This document shows positions 31,712-44,155 of a DNA stretch of 64,000 nt, piece by piece. Positions within the stretch are counted from its first letter, which is position 1. The number at the start of each line of letters is the position of its first letter. The translations under genes were made by a program, and so were the position numbers. The DNA is from Macrostomum hystrix (lineage: Eukaryota; Animalia; Platyhelminthes): positions 7,502,001 through 7,566,000 of the forward strand of contig CATNEN010000001.1 of assembly GCA_950097015.1 (NCBI GenBank), written 5' to 3'. The notes below the pieces were generated by a model. The model did not search any database. It was not told the DNA's origin and saw only the letters and a program-made list of their open reading frames with translations.

Positions 31712-32136
31712 CCAAGAGTTTCAGCGGCCTTTTTTCGAATTCCCTTCGGGGGCAGAGGCGGCCAGCTACCAATGACGGCCTCGTGATCCGCGCCACCAGC
31801 GCCGCTGACAGACCGTCTGGCGTCGCCCAGATCTGCTGAATTTGTTCCGAAACGCGGCTCTGTCTTAACATTCTTCTTTAACAGCAATGATGACGAATCA
31901 GTCTTCGTATCGAACTGGTTAGCAATCTGATTGTTGCCGTTAATAGGCTGTTGGTTGCCTAGGCAACAATCTAGATGCATTGGGGACAGTTTTCCGCCGT
32001 GAAACTCTGGCCCGGTCGAAACTGATTGAGCGCGCGACAAATCGGTAAATCTGGCTGGACTGTCAAGGCTCAGTGGAAGCTTGAAGGATGCTGACCCGAC
32101 AAGAGCGTTGTATTGGTGCTGCTTCAAAGCATTCAT
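31712..32136 (-). CDS. Coding exon of an uncharacterised host gene
   Basis: MNALKQHQY...PPLPPKGIRKKAAETL-G ends at a GG|GTGAGC donor. Acceptor ACAG|G lies just upstream of the ATG. Confidence 0.5.
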
Positions 32137-33173
32137 CACAAAGCCAACCTGTATGTTATATATAATTTCTGTTATTGCTTTGCGGCGTCCAGGCTCAGAA
32201 AAAATGCTATTTTTTCGCAGCCTACTGGTTTGTCTGCGTTTCGCCTGTGTGCGGCTGTTTAGCAAAGACCCGAAATTGGGCTTAGACAGAAACCAGCCGG
32301 TGATGCTAGGGAGAGGAAAATGACACAAAAGCTATCTTTTGGCGAAAGAATTTTCGTGTTCAAAACAAACTTTTTTCTTCTTTCTTCTGCAGCTGTTCTC
32401 TTCGTGCCTGGACTTTTCTGCTTATCCAAAAGCAACAAATATATATTGTATAAGAATACTGTTCTTCTTGCAACGATTGGAATGCCCTGGCCAGATCTTA
32501 AGAGTTGTTCGCAATAATCCCTAATCCGTGTTTGCTTGTGTCTCGCGCCTCTATACGAGCGTAAGCCGGCCGTTTCGATAATCCGCTTCGTTGGAGTCGC
32601 TCAGTCTTTGAAGTCTTTTAATTTTGCGACTTTATGCACGAGTACTCGTATGTATAGAGAGGTCCTCGCGAGTGGCAAAAGGGACGAAAAATAAGCCCGA
32701 TTTAGATAGAGAGACGAGAAAGCGAAAGAGATTGTCTGCGGCCCATTGGCAGTACTCCCAGATAGGTTTTCCCCTCCACCCCATCAGACTGTCACCTTTC
32801 TCATAATGCAGTCAGGCCTGAGCTCCTCTGTCTTCACTCACTATACCAACCAAAGCCTCGGGCCGTTTGACCAGTCGCTGGACCAGCCTTATCCTCCGCC
32901 TCCGTCTTCTAGTCTAGAAAGTCGGCTACTACTGTATCCTACCAAAGGCCATAGTTCTGCAACTCACTTTCTCTCCATCTCTCTATCTAATGAAACTGGA
33001 GTAGGTAGAATATTCATTACTAGAGTAAGGGAATCTCATTCTTCCACTCCTACGCTCGGATGCACACATGCACACACACACACAGTCTCTTGATATACCC
33101 ACTCTCTCCTATACTCAAAATTCGTTTTGTATTCAATCAAATATTTTGGTACCTCCTTATCTGTCTATATTGA

Positions 33174-33550
33174 GGGGGTCGGTGGCAGAGCGGTTAACGC
33201 GTTTGCCACTCGCACCAAGGTCCCTAAGTTCGATTCCACGGCGAGGCCACATTTATTTGGGGCGCAGCCGCGGAGAGAAGGCTTGGATGCTTGTCGTGCA
33301 ATTTACGCCCTTGAAGGCCAACCTCCAAGGCACAGTTCGAGTGTACACTGCCTGACGATGAGAAAGTCAGGGCAGATGTACACACCTGTGTGAGCGTGTG
33401 CCTGCGTACGGTATCTGTGTGCGTGTGTGCTCAGGAGTCAGCGAAATGGGCAGAATTGCCTCCTCGCTGGCTGCGGGTCTAGTGTCACCAAACTATGTGT
33501 CATTGCCCGCAGCCCTCCTGCAATTATTATTATTATTATTATTATTATTA
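33174..33550 (+). mobile_element. tRNA-derived SINE, full length with (TTA)n tail
   Basis: A box GGTGGCAGAGCGG, B box AGTTCGATTCC, and TTA tail. Homologous copies elsewhere in the window. Confidence 0.88.
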
Positions 33551-33640
33551 TCTATCTATATTGGATCTATTGGTGCTGACAATGCGAACTTAGTTTTCTT
33601 GTGCTTCGGTTCGACAAGCTGTAAAATTGGCACCAGCATC

Positions 33641-34030
33641 AATAATAATAATAATAATAATAATATTAATAATAATTGCAGGAGGGCTGCTGGCAATGGC
33701 ACATCATTTTGTGACACTAGACCCGCAGCCAGGGAGGAGACAATACTGCCCATTTCGCTGACTCCTGAGCACACACGCACACAGATACTGTACGCAGGCA
33801 GGCACACGCTCACACAGGTGTGTACATCTGCCCTGACTTTCTCATCGTCACAGTGAGTTTACACTCTCACTGTGCCTTGGGGGTTGGCCCTTAAGGGCGT
33901 AAATTGCACGACAAGTCCCCAAGCCTTCTCTCCGCGGCTGCGCCCCAAATGAATGTGACCTCGCCGCGGAATCGAGCTCAGGGACCTTGGTCCGAGAGGC
34001 AAGCGCGTTATATCGCTCTACCACTGACCC
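33641..34030 (-). mobile_element. Second copy of the same SINE, inverted
   Basis: Reverse complement of 33174-33550 with substitutions; (AAT)n tail at 33641-33676. Confidence 0.88.
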
Positions 34031-34584
34031 ATGGCATCAGCATTGGCTGGGGTAGAAATTAGGGTTGGAAGCGACCCTTGTCCGCAGACTGAATTGAAGT
34101 ACGCAGCCTTTTGGAAGCTTTGAAGACGCTTGTTTGGCTGAGAGCAAATAATTTGCCTCATTTTCTCGAGCCCAGTATCAATCATCTATTTGAATTATAT
34201 CCGACCAGAATCAGGAATCAAGGCCATGCTCTAGACAGCATCCGCAATTCCCCTGGTACAATTTGTCCTGCCTTTCGTGTATTTCCCATCTAATTTTCTC
34301 TGATCATTATTTTTGGTAATTAGTTTTTGCTTCATCAGCGATGGAAGGATGTTATGCTTCTTAACGTGTACTAGTATTCTGTAACTTTCTCCCGATAATG
34401 TCCTTCCTGCTTTCCCTATAATTGGATTTTAAGGCTGCTCATTGCATAGAGATACACTGGATTCGAGATTTTTTTTCTAGTTAAAAAATTTTACTACTAA
34501 AAATGTCAAAAGAAAAATGAGGGTCTAGTATAAATTAGTAAATGGTCCAGTCAGACAGAGAAAAATAATCCTGGTACACAGAGG

Positions 34585-34885
34585 AAGAATCTGGTACACA
34601 GTGGAGAGTCTGGTAGACAGCGGTGGAGAGTCTGGTAGACAGAGGAGAGTCTGGTAGACAGAGGAGAGTCTGGTAGACAGAGGAGAGTCTGGTAGACAGA
34701 GGAGAGTCTGGTAGACAGAGGAGAGTCTGGTAGACAGAGGAGAGTCTGGTAGACAGAGGAGAGTCTGGTAGACAGAGGAGAGTCTGGTAGACAGAGGAGA
34801 GTCTGGTAGACAGAGGAGAGTCTGGTAGACAGAGGAGAGTCTGGTAGACAGAGGAGAGTCTGGTAGACAGCGGAGGAGAGTCTAG
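34585..34885. repeat. 19-bp minisatellite
   Basis: GGAGAGTCTGGTAGACAGA repeats. Confidence 0.93.
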
Positions 34886-35058
34886 AAGACGGTGGAAAAT
34901 AGTCCTGGTAGGCAGAAGAAGAGAGTTTAGTAGATTAAAGGAAAATCCAGAAACGTGCAGAAAGGGGATTTTAGTTGGAATAATTTTCCAAGATCTGTAC
35001 ATTTTGGTTGTACATCTGGGCCTTACTGAAATATCAGGCTTTTATTTTCTATCCAGCT

Positions 35059-37894
35059 TCAATGGTTCAATTTTTCTGTTGATTCCCCAAGTCTCAGCAA
35101 GATTGATACTTTCGACCTACTGGTGCTCGAGAGACTGTGTGTGACATTTTGACACTTTGTATTAAATTGCCGGAAGTGACTTTTTGGTGGATAAAAATAA
35201 GTTGCGCACAATTCTGTTGATGGGGCATGTACGAGTATAGGGGTCGTATTTTCTATTTCAGTTTAAAAAAATTTAAAGGAAACTCCCGTTCGACAGAAGC
35301 ATTTCCCGTTAGACAGAAGCATTTCCCGTTAGACAGGAGCATTTCCCGTTAGACAGAAGCATTCCCTGTTAGACAGGAGCATTTCCTGTTAGACAGAAGC
35401 ATTTCCTGTTAAACAGAAGCATTTCCTGTTAGACAGAAGCATTTCCTGTTAGACAGAAGCATTTCCCGTTAGACAGAAGCATTTCCTGTTAGACAGAAGC
35501 ATTTCCCGTTAGACAGGAGCATTTCCTGTTAGACAGAAGCATTTCCTGTTAGACAGGAGCATTTCCCGTTAGACAGAAGCATTTCCTGTTAGACAGAAGC
35601 ATTTCCTGTTAGACAGGAGCATTCCCTGTTAGACAGGAGCATTTCCTGTTAGACAGAAGCATTTCCCGTTAGACAGGAGCATTTCCCGTTAGACAGAAGC
35701 ATTCCCTGTTAGACAGGAGCATTTCCTGTTAGACAGAAGCATTTCCTGTTAGACAGAAGCTGTTCCAATTTATTAAATTTGTTATGGGAATTTTTACTGG
35801 TTAAAAACAAAAATTATACCTTACTACTTTTAGTAGTTTTAAAGCAAAATTTTTTATATTAAAAAGGCGCGGCATCAAAAAAAAATAATAAACACTGACT
35901 GCAAAATAGACTAGACGGAATAGTCTGCTATTCTTCGTAATTTTCTTATGCTTACTGTAAGTAATATACTGTAATATAATCTTGGGGGAAAACAATTGTT
36001 ATGATTTATAATAAGCGATAATGAAATATATTAGATCCTATTGGAGTTTAAGGCATTTAAGTGTGTTACAACAGATAAAAATAGCACAATAATGGATTAT
36101 AATTGACTATATAATGTGTTATAATGCACCATAATGGATTTTAGTGGACTATTGTATTGAAACGAACTGGATTATAATAGACTATAAGGGATTATAATGG
36201 ATTATAATGGATTATAATGGACTATAAGGGATTATAATGGACTATAAGGGATTATAATGGACTATAAGGGATTATAATAGACTATAAGGGATTATAATGG
36301 ATTATAATGGATTATAATGGACTATAAGGGATTATAATGGACTATAAGGGATTATAATGGACTATAAAGGATTATAATGGACTATAAGGCATTATAATGG
36401 ACTATAAGGGATTATAATGGACTATAAGGGATTATAATGGACTATAGAGGATTATAATGGACTAAAACGGAATATAATGGATCCTGATGGACTATAGAGG
36501 ATTATAATGGATTATAATGGATTATAATGGACTGAACTGGATTATAATCGACTATAATGGATTATTATTGATTACAATGTATTATAATGGATAATAGTGG
36601 ATTATAATGGACTGTACTGGATAATAGTATATTAAATTTGTCTATGATGGACGATAATGGGATTAAGGTATATTATAAAAAGGATTACAAGATACTGAGA
36701 GGGATTAAAGTCGCGGGCTAAAATGAAAATGTCATAAACTAGGTAACTTGCCTTTTATCCAGCTCTTTGCTGGTCATCTGTCCAGGAGCAATATTATAGA
36801 CTCCAAGCAGTACACTGGTAGCATCGTGTCGAAGGACCCCAGCATTCTGACGTAGCAGTCGCTGGAGTCGCAGCTTGGTTTCTGGGGGCATCGCGTCCAG
36901 GCGGCTGGTTGCCCGGCCAGGCCGACGCACCGGCGCGATCGGCAGCGGCTTCAGGATGCCAGTCGGCGGAGTCGGTATTGACGATAGAGATGCACCTGTT
37001 ACACTGCCCAGCAGGCTGAGTTCGGTTGACAACTGCTGCTGCTGCTGCTGTCCAGATTGCCAAGCTTTCGGTTGCACGGCTGTCGAGCCCGAAGCCGATG
37101 GTGGATGATGATATCTGAGCGGGTTGGGGTGTTGAGATGAATGCTGTCAGGTTGATGCTGCTGCTGAGTTACTTAACAGTAGAAAGAACACGTTATTTTC
37201 CTCCTGGGGAAAAACCACGGGGTATTTCAAATGCCAAACTTCAATTTCCAACTGCCACTAGCTAATCATATGATACCCTTCTGCTGTAAAGCATTCATAT
37301 TGTCATAGTTTCTTCTGCGGCGGCGCGACACTATTTCATTAGCTGATGGAATTTCCATGGAATTTCCATGGAATTTCCATGTTATTTCCATAGACAGCTA
37401 TTTTCAGAACGCTGGAAAATCCCATTCCAGTGATGGCTTTCAGCCAATCGGAGAGCGTGAAACAGTTCCCACGCTCTATATTTCCTAATTAGGATTTTGT
37501 GTCCGATTGGTGATTGGACAGAGGAGAGGGGAGAGTGGGGACAGAGGGAAGAGTGGGACAGAGGGGAGAGTGGGACAGAAGGGAGAGTGGGACAGGGGGA
37601 GAGTGGGAAAAGAAGGGAGATTGGTACAGAGGGGAGATTGGGACTGAGTTGAGGTGGGGGAAACAGCTGAATGATCTCTTACCCATTAGCGGACACAAGC
37701 CGGTACTGCTGCAGCTCTTGTACAAATGATTCGCTAGAATTCATCGACCCGCTAGCGCAGTCTGGTACATAGGCAGCATTTTCGTATCCGCCAATAGTAT
37801 TCGTAACTGCAGCACTTTCGGCTTTGTCTGTTGGCTGCTCAAAAGAACGAGTGTCGTCGTGAAATATTGTTGCATCAGGCTGTGGATTCTCTTC
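35059..37894 (-). CDS. 3' exons of an uncharacterised host gene (37683-37894, 36752-37114, 35059-35116)
   Basis: Phase-compatible joins ...VSAN-G|YHHPP...TSKELDK-R|SKVSILLRLGE...*. The last intron needs a GC donor (AAG|GCAAGT) or a weaker nearby GT. Confidence 0.55.
35283..35760. repeat. 20-bp minisatellite
   Basis: ATTTCCTGTTAGACAGAAGC repeats. Confidence 0.95.
36090..36660. repeat. 10/20-bp minisatellite
   Basis: GGATTATAAT and GGACTATAAG units. Confidence 0.92.
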
Positions 37895-38044
37895 CTAGAA
37901 TTGAGGGTCAAAGAAAGGGATTTTAATGAGCACGTGGGTGATGACTTTGCGTGTCCCATTTCAGAGGCTTCATTCCGACGCACTAATTGGGAGTGAATCT
38001 GTCCTGATTTGCTCATTGTCAACCAGTTACTGCTGCCTTGATTA

Positions 38045-39430
38045 AGGTAAGTGAAGGGAGGTAAGTGAAGGGAGGAAAGTGAAGGGAGGTAAGTGAAGGG
38101 AGGTAAGTGAAGGGATGTAAGTGAAGGGAGGTAAGTGATGGAAGATAAGTGAAGGGATGTAAGTGAAGGGAGGAGAGTGACCAGGTAAGTAAAGGTAGTT
38201 AATGAAGGGAGGTAAGTGAAGGGAGGTTAGTGATGGGAGATAAGTGAAGGGAGGTAAGTGAAGGGATGTAAGTGAAGGGAGGTAAGTGATGGAAGATAAG
38301 TGAAGGGATGTAAGTGAAGGGAGGAGAGTGACCAGGTAAGTAAAGGTAGTTAATGAAGGGAGGTAAGTGAAGGGAGGTTAGTGATGGGAGATAAGTGAAG
38401 GGAGGTAAGTGAAAGGATGTAAGTGAAGGGAGGTAAGTGAAGGGATATAAGTGAAGGAATGTAAGTGAAGGTAGTTCATGAAGGGAGGTTAGTGATGGGA
38501 GGTAAGTGATGGGATGTAAGTGAAGGGAGGTAAGTGATGGGATGTAAGTGAAGGGAGGTAAGTAAAGGTAGTTAATGAAGGGAGGTAAGTGAAGGGAGGT
38601 TAGTAATAGGAGATAAGTGAAGGGAGGTAAGTGAAGGGAGGTTAGTAATAGGAGATAAGTGAAGGGAGGTAAGTGAAGGGATGTAAGTGAAGGGATGTAA
38701 GTGAAGGGATGTAAGTGAAGGGAGGTTAGTGAAGGGATGTAAGTGAAGGGATGTAAGTGAAGGGATGTAAGTGAAGGTAGTTAATGAAGGGAGGTTAGTG
38801 ATGGGAGGTACTTGAAGGGAGGTTAGTGATGGGAGGTAAGTGAAGGGAGGTAAGTGAAGGGATGAAAGTGATGGGAGGTAAGTGATGGGATGTAAGTGAA
38901 GGGAGGTAAGTAAAGGTAGTTAATGAAGGGAGGTAAGTAAAGGTAGTTAATTAAGGGAGGTAAGTGATGGGATGTAAGTGAAGGGATGTAAGTGAAGGGA
39001 GGTAATGAAGGGATTTAAGTGAAGGTAGTTAATGAAGGGAGGTTAGTGATGGGATGTAAGTGAAGGGATGTAAGTGAAGGTAGTTAATGATGGGAGGTAA
39101 GTGATGGGATGTAAGTGAAGGGATGTAAGTAAAGGGAGGTAATGAAGGGATATAAGTGAAGGTAGTTAATGAAGGGAGGTAAGTGATGGGATGCAAGTGA
39201 AGGGATGTAAGTGAAGGTAGTTAATGATGGGAGGTAAGTGATGGTATGTAAGTGAAGGGATGTAAGTGAAGGGAGGTAATGAAGGGATATAAGTAAAGGT
39301 AGTTAATGAAGGGAGGTAAGTGATGGGATGTAAGTGAAGGGATGTAAGTGAAGGTAGTTAATGAAGGGAGGTAAGTGAAGGTAGTTAATGAAGGGAGGTT
39401 AGTGTTGGGATGTAAAATGAAGAGGTAAGT
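38045..39430. repeat. 13-bp purine-rich minisatellite
   Basis: GTAAGTGAAGGGA(G/T) and variants. Confidence 0.94.
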
Positions 39431-40221
39431 AAATATATTTCTCAGAAAGTTTTTATTTTTGTGTAAAATAACTTACCATTTATGTGAGAGGCAAACACTT
39501 TGACACGTTAAAAAATGCAGTTTTCAGAAATTAACAACTTGGCGTGCAAATTTTACCTCCAATTTTTTTTATCTGTTGAAGTTTACCAAAAAAATTACTT
39601 CTGTCTACATTTGGACAACAAAGAAGAATATAAGAAGATAGCGGGATCAGTTGCTGACCAATAATGAACTTGGCTGAGGATAAAAGGATGAAATTGTGAG
39701 GATAAAGGTAGGTAAGAGATGAGTTGGGGGTTTGGAGCACGGCACGAGGGGTGGGAAGGTGGATTGGTCGGGACTGGGTGTATATTTTGTAGTACTGCTA
39801 GCGGGTTAATGCATTGCGTTGCATTGCGTCTCACGCACCAAGGTAGGGAGAGACGCATGAGACGAGAGGCATTGAGAAGGCGAAGGCAGGGCGGGGGTGG
39901 GGGTTCTTTGGGACAAATTTTCTCTGTGGAAACGCGAGCTTCAATATTGTAGGTGGGGGATAGGGATTTTTGTTCGCGATGGACGGGTTAAGAGTGGCGC
40001 GGCAGAGGATGGAATGGGAGGAAATGGATTTTTGGGCCGATAGCCGAGGCTTAGCTCTCTATCTTTCCTTTCTCTTTCCCATCCCACCCGGTTCGTCCCT
40101 TTCACATCTGCGTTTTTGCTGCTTGTTTTTCAAACGTGCTTTTCAAACCCAGAGTTCTCTACCTGCGATAGGAAAAGATCCCCAGATTCTACGAAAATCA
40201 TTGTCGGTGGGTCTAAAGAAC

Positions 40222-40510
40222 TGACTATTAGAGTAACAACAGGAGTGACGATTAGAGTGACAATAAGAGTGACGATTGGAGTGACAACAAGAGTGACGAT
40301 TGGAGTGACAACAAGAGTGACGATTGGAGTGACAACAAGAGTGACGATTGGAGTGAAAACAAGAGTGACGATTGGAGTGAAAACAAGAGTGACGATTAGA
40401 GTGACAATAAGAGTGACGATTGGAGTGACAAAAAGAGTGATGATTGGAATGACAACAAGAGTGACGATTGGAGTGACAACAAGCGTGACGATTGGAGTGA
40501 CAATACGAGT
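40222..40510. repeat. 12/24-bp minisatellite
   Basis: GAGTGACGATTG and GAGTGACAACAA units. Confidence 0.92.
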
Positions 40511-41693
40511 GGGGTGAGAATTTAAATAAAGTTTAAAAGATTGAAAATTCAAGTGACTCAAAGTAAGCGACAAAAGTACAGGAGTGAACTTTCGAAAGTA
40601 AATCGGAAATGAATCGGTAATTCCGAACTCAGAAACTCAATTTGAGGAACATTCTTTTGTCCCCTTAATGCCGACCATATCTAGATCCGGATAAATGTTG
40701 AGAATTATCGCCGGACAAGAATTTTTCGATCAAACTAATGGTCCCGCAATATTTTTCAAAAGGGAACAATTAATGAAAGCAACTGGAAATCTAATTAGAC
40801 TTGACGAAAGCTATGAAAAATGCCAATATTATGCTTCCGCAAAATGTTCAGTCATGGTAGTAAAAGTACGAACCCTGGTTAATGGACCAAACAACTGGGA
40901 TTTTACAAAAAAATAAGAAGCCCTACAGCAAATGATTGTTTTCTGCAGGTTTCTATTTTTTCGGATAAACTGAGTATTGGGATTAATCGAGGCGAACCTC
41001 GAGAGGCTTTTGCACGCCGACTCAGATTACAATAACGAAGGGGTGTGGCATGTTTCATAATTCCTCTTGACTAGAAAATGCGCTGTGCTCTTTGCAGTTT
41101 CACGTTTTGTATCCTCAGGTTTTATCTTCCACCGCCAGGAAACCACGCCCAAAGTGCTGCTCATCGTACATTTTCTACACTTGCTAGTCGTAAAAATGAA
41201 GGTTTTGCTATAAAAGCTGTAATATCCTAAACGCTTACTATAAGTAGTAAACTCGAAAAATAGGAAATGTTTCAGCTGTAGGTGAATATTTTTTCAAAGT
41301 CTGGTGCGCTTAAAAGCAGGTGTGTTAAGTCACAATTACAATTATGTTTATTAGTTAAATTTATTCGGCAAGCAGTTTAGATGTTGCCATTGTGAACTGA
41401 AAAAGCAAAATGAAACCGAGCGACTCGAATTTCTAGATTGACACGCAAGAGGGATTTTGTCTTTTTGTGTTGAAGTGTCAAAGTCTTAAGACGAAAGCTT
41501 CCTAGGTGTGATAGTGGACTGTCTTTCAAAAAGTTACAAAAAACTTATACGACACGACGGAGCAAAGGGATGGGGTGGGTGTTGAGAACGGCAAGTTAGA
41601 ATACATAATTCGATACTTCGATACTTAGACATCAAAGCCATCACGGATACGGCTCTATTGCGTACCAGTGTTACCAAGTCATTATTTCCACAT

Positions 41694-42941
41694 TTACTTT
41701 TCTTCTTCCTCCTCGTCAGCGTCCTCTTCTTCCTCGTCGTCATCTTCTCCTTCGGCGGCTTTGTTTGCGCGCCGTTTCCACATCTCAATGTGCGCCTCAA
41801 CATTGTTGCGCAGAGTGCTGTTGGCCTTGACAACAAAGATATTGTCGCCATTCTGCAGGCCCATTGCCTCAGGTGTGGTGTTAAAGCTGACCTGGTGATG
41901 CGGAATTGAGTTCCTGTTTCGCACACCTCCAACTAGCATGTCGCCAAAGAAGCCATCGGTGGAGAACACAATGTCCGGATCTGTGTCGAGTCCCATGCGA
42001 GACAGAAAAGCCAGAAGCGGGTACTTCATTGGAGCATCGATTTGCATCTTGAAGCGCAATTTGACGGTCCACCTATCCAGGACATTATCCGTGAACAGAT
42101 CGACCGAGGCGCAGTTTGTCTTTTCATCATAGACCATGAATTCCCAGGAAACGCGTCGAACGCGAAAGTAAAGAAAAATCCATCTGGATAGGCCCCGACG
42201 CATCATGATTTTGGCTCCGGCTCGACGGGCGCAGGTCTGCGCCACATCGTCGGCACTGTTGTTCTTGTCGCACCACTGGAACAGGCTGTTGCTCGAGTTG
42301 GCTAAATCGTCGTCTTCTTCGTCGCTATCGCTTTCAGCGAAGGTGCCACGCGGCACAGGTCCGAGAATACGACCTCGCATAGCCTGAACCGACGAAAGAG
42401 ATCGAGTGGTTGTTCCTGATACAAGAACTTTTTACTGTCTTCCTATGGTCCATTTTATGATAGCTTGCTAGAGTCAATTAAAATTTATTGTTGACATATT
42501 CACCTGAAACTCGGTGTTGAAAGACTTCGGATTAAGCGGCATTCCGGCGATGCCAAATCGACCTCTCACAACGTACTGCCTGTTGTCAAACAATTCGTCT
42601 CCGTAGGCCAGCCTCATGTGAGTCTCCATCAGTTTTTTATTGCTGGGCTGCCTCTGACGCCTTTGCGGCAGTCGCTTCTGCATCAGCGGCAGGTTCGCTC
42701 CAGCTGCAGAGTTGTTGTGACTGCTCGGCGCGAAGTCGATGTTGCTAAGCCTAGTTTTTGTTGTAAGCGGATGTTTGCCGTGCAGATACGATTCGCGCTG
42801 CATTTTCTCCTTCTGCTTCTTGTCGAATTCGTCTAACACGCAGAAGTTGTATAGAGGACGCGGCTTACGCAGATCGATAACCGAATAGCTATCGTCCAGG
42901 CGACCGTGAGGGGCATGGCCCCGGATCATAACTTGGTTCAT
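41694..42941 (-). CDS. Two-exon gene (42504-42941 and 41694-42383; ~375 aa) with a SUMO-like (Rad60 SLD-type) domain and acidic tail
   Basis: CAG|GTGAAT joins TTCAG|GCT in phase 0. LRFKMQIDAPM...F..RMGL...VFSTDG...TTPEAMGLQNGDNIFV follows the SUMO fold pattern. Confidence 0.7.
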
Positions 42942-43324
42942 ATTTTTCTTGATACCTTAACTGCGTACTTAGAGTTAAACTATTTTTATGGGTGTAAATT
43001 CTTTTATTCTGATTAAAAGTTTTTCCCTTTGCGATAGCTGCGGCTTTACTCAATAGCCATAAACAAAAATTCGGTTCGAGGCAGTGGCGGTGAAAGGTTT
43101 CTTGTAAGCTTTCACCATAGACTATCGGAACTCTGCACTTTTCTGACCCGAGTGAAACGACCAAGCCGAGCTTTGTAAGCTAACCTCGTAAAAGACGCCA
43201 GAGAATGACAAAACAAAAACCAAAGAAAAATTGTGCTTTTAGATACGACTTTTAAAGGAAAATTAAAATGATTATTTAATCCCCACCTTGGCCCGGCCTA
43301 TTGGCTATTAATTCTGTTTATGTA

Positions 43325-44155
43325 AATAATAAACACCGTTTAATTCACATTCACATCCTCGGCTGCAATCAATGGTCCTCGCTACGCTCGCATCGAGACC
43401 ATTAAACGCAGCCTCGAACATTCTAACTATAGACCATGATGAATTAAACGGCGTTTATCATATATGAAATTCTATTGCTTATTTTTCGGGGGCATCCCAT
43501 CTGATTGATAGACATATAGGTTTAGACCATTTGATTCCGACCATAGACAAAAAAAATAAATTTCTCACGAAGATACAGTAACGAAGCAGCCAGTCAGTCA
43601 GGGTGGCAAAACGTAAAAGCCGAATTCAAAGTTCACTTCAATGTTCCATATAATGCTCCTTATTTCGAGGAGATTATATGATATAATACCCTAGTTTTTG
43701 TCAAATAATCTCACCAAAAATCACCATAGACAACACATTCCCGGCTCAGAATAGTACAATTTTTAACGATTAAATAAGCAATCGTATTTTATTTGTTATT
43801 TAATCGGCCTAGGCCGTTAAATCATTTAACGGCCTAGGCCGATAAACATATAGTCTATGGTCACAGTTGCTGCTGTAAACAGTTTTAGTAGTGCAATCTC
43901 GTGAGCCGGGCCAAGCTTTAGGATTAAATACTATAATACCCCCCTTATTATATTATATATTATATTATACTATAATATAGTATAATACTATAATACTATA
44001 AATACTATAATACTTAAATACTAAAATCATTGTCTATGGCCTAGGAACGGCTTCGGACTGCGCTTCTGGGCCTCTCGGCTTCGCCTCGGCCTAGAAACGC
44101 GTCCTCAGCCGTTCCTAGGCCAAAGAACCGAGATCAGGGGGGTATTTATTATTCT
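43325..44155. mobile_element. Cluster of short palindromic non-autonomous DNA elements (MITE/Crypton-like)
   Basis: Inverted repeats TAAACACCGTTTAATTCA / TGAATTAAACGGCGTTTA. Hairpin ATCGGCCTAGGCCGTTAAAT-C-ATTTAACGGCCTAGGCCGAT. GGCCTAGGAACGGCT...AGCCGTTCCTAGGCC nested within ATACCCCCCT / AGGGGGGTAT. Confidence 0.6.

Noticed and set aside
30783-31775. MSAKSKR and LALILFD repeat ORFs
   Set aside because: Translations of a 21-bp minisatellite lying just past a splice donor.
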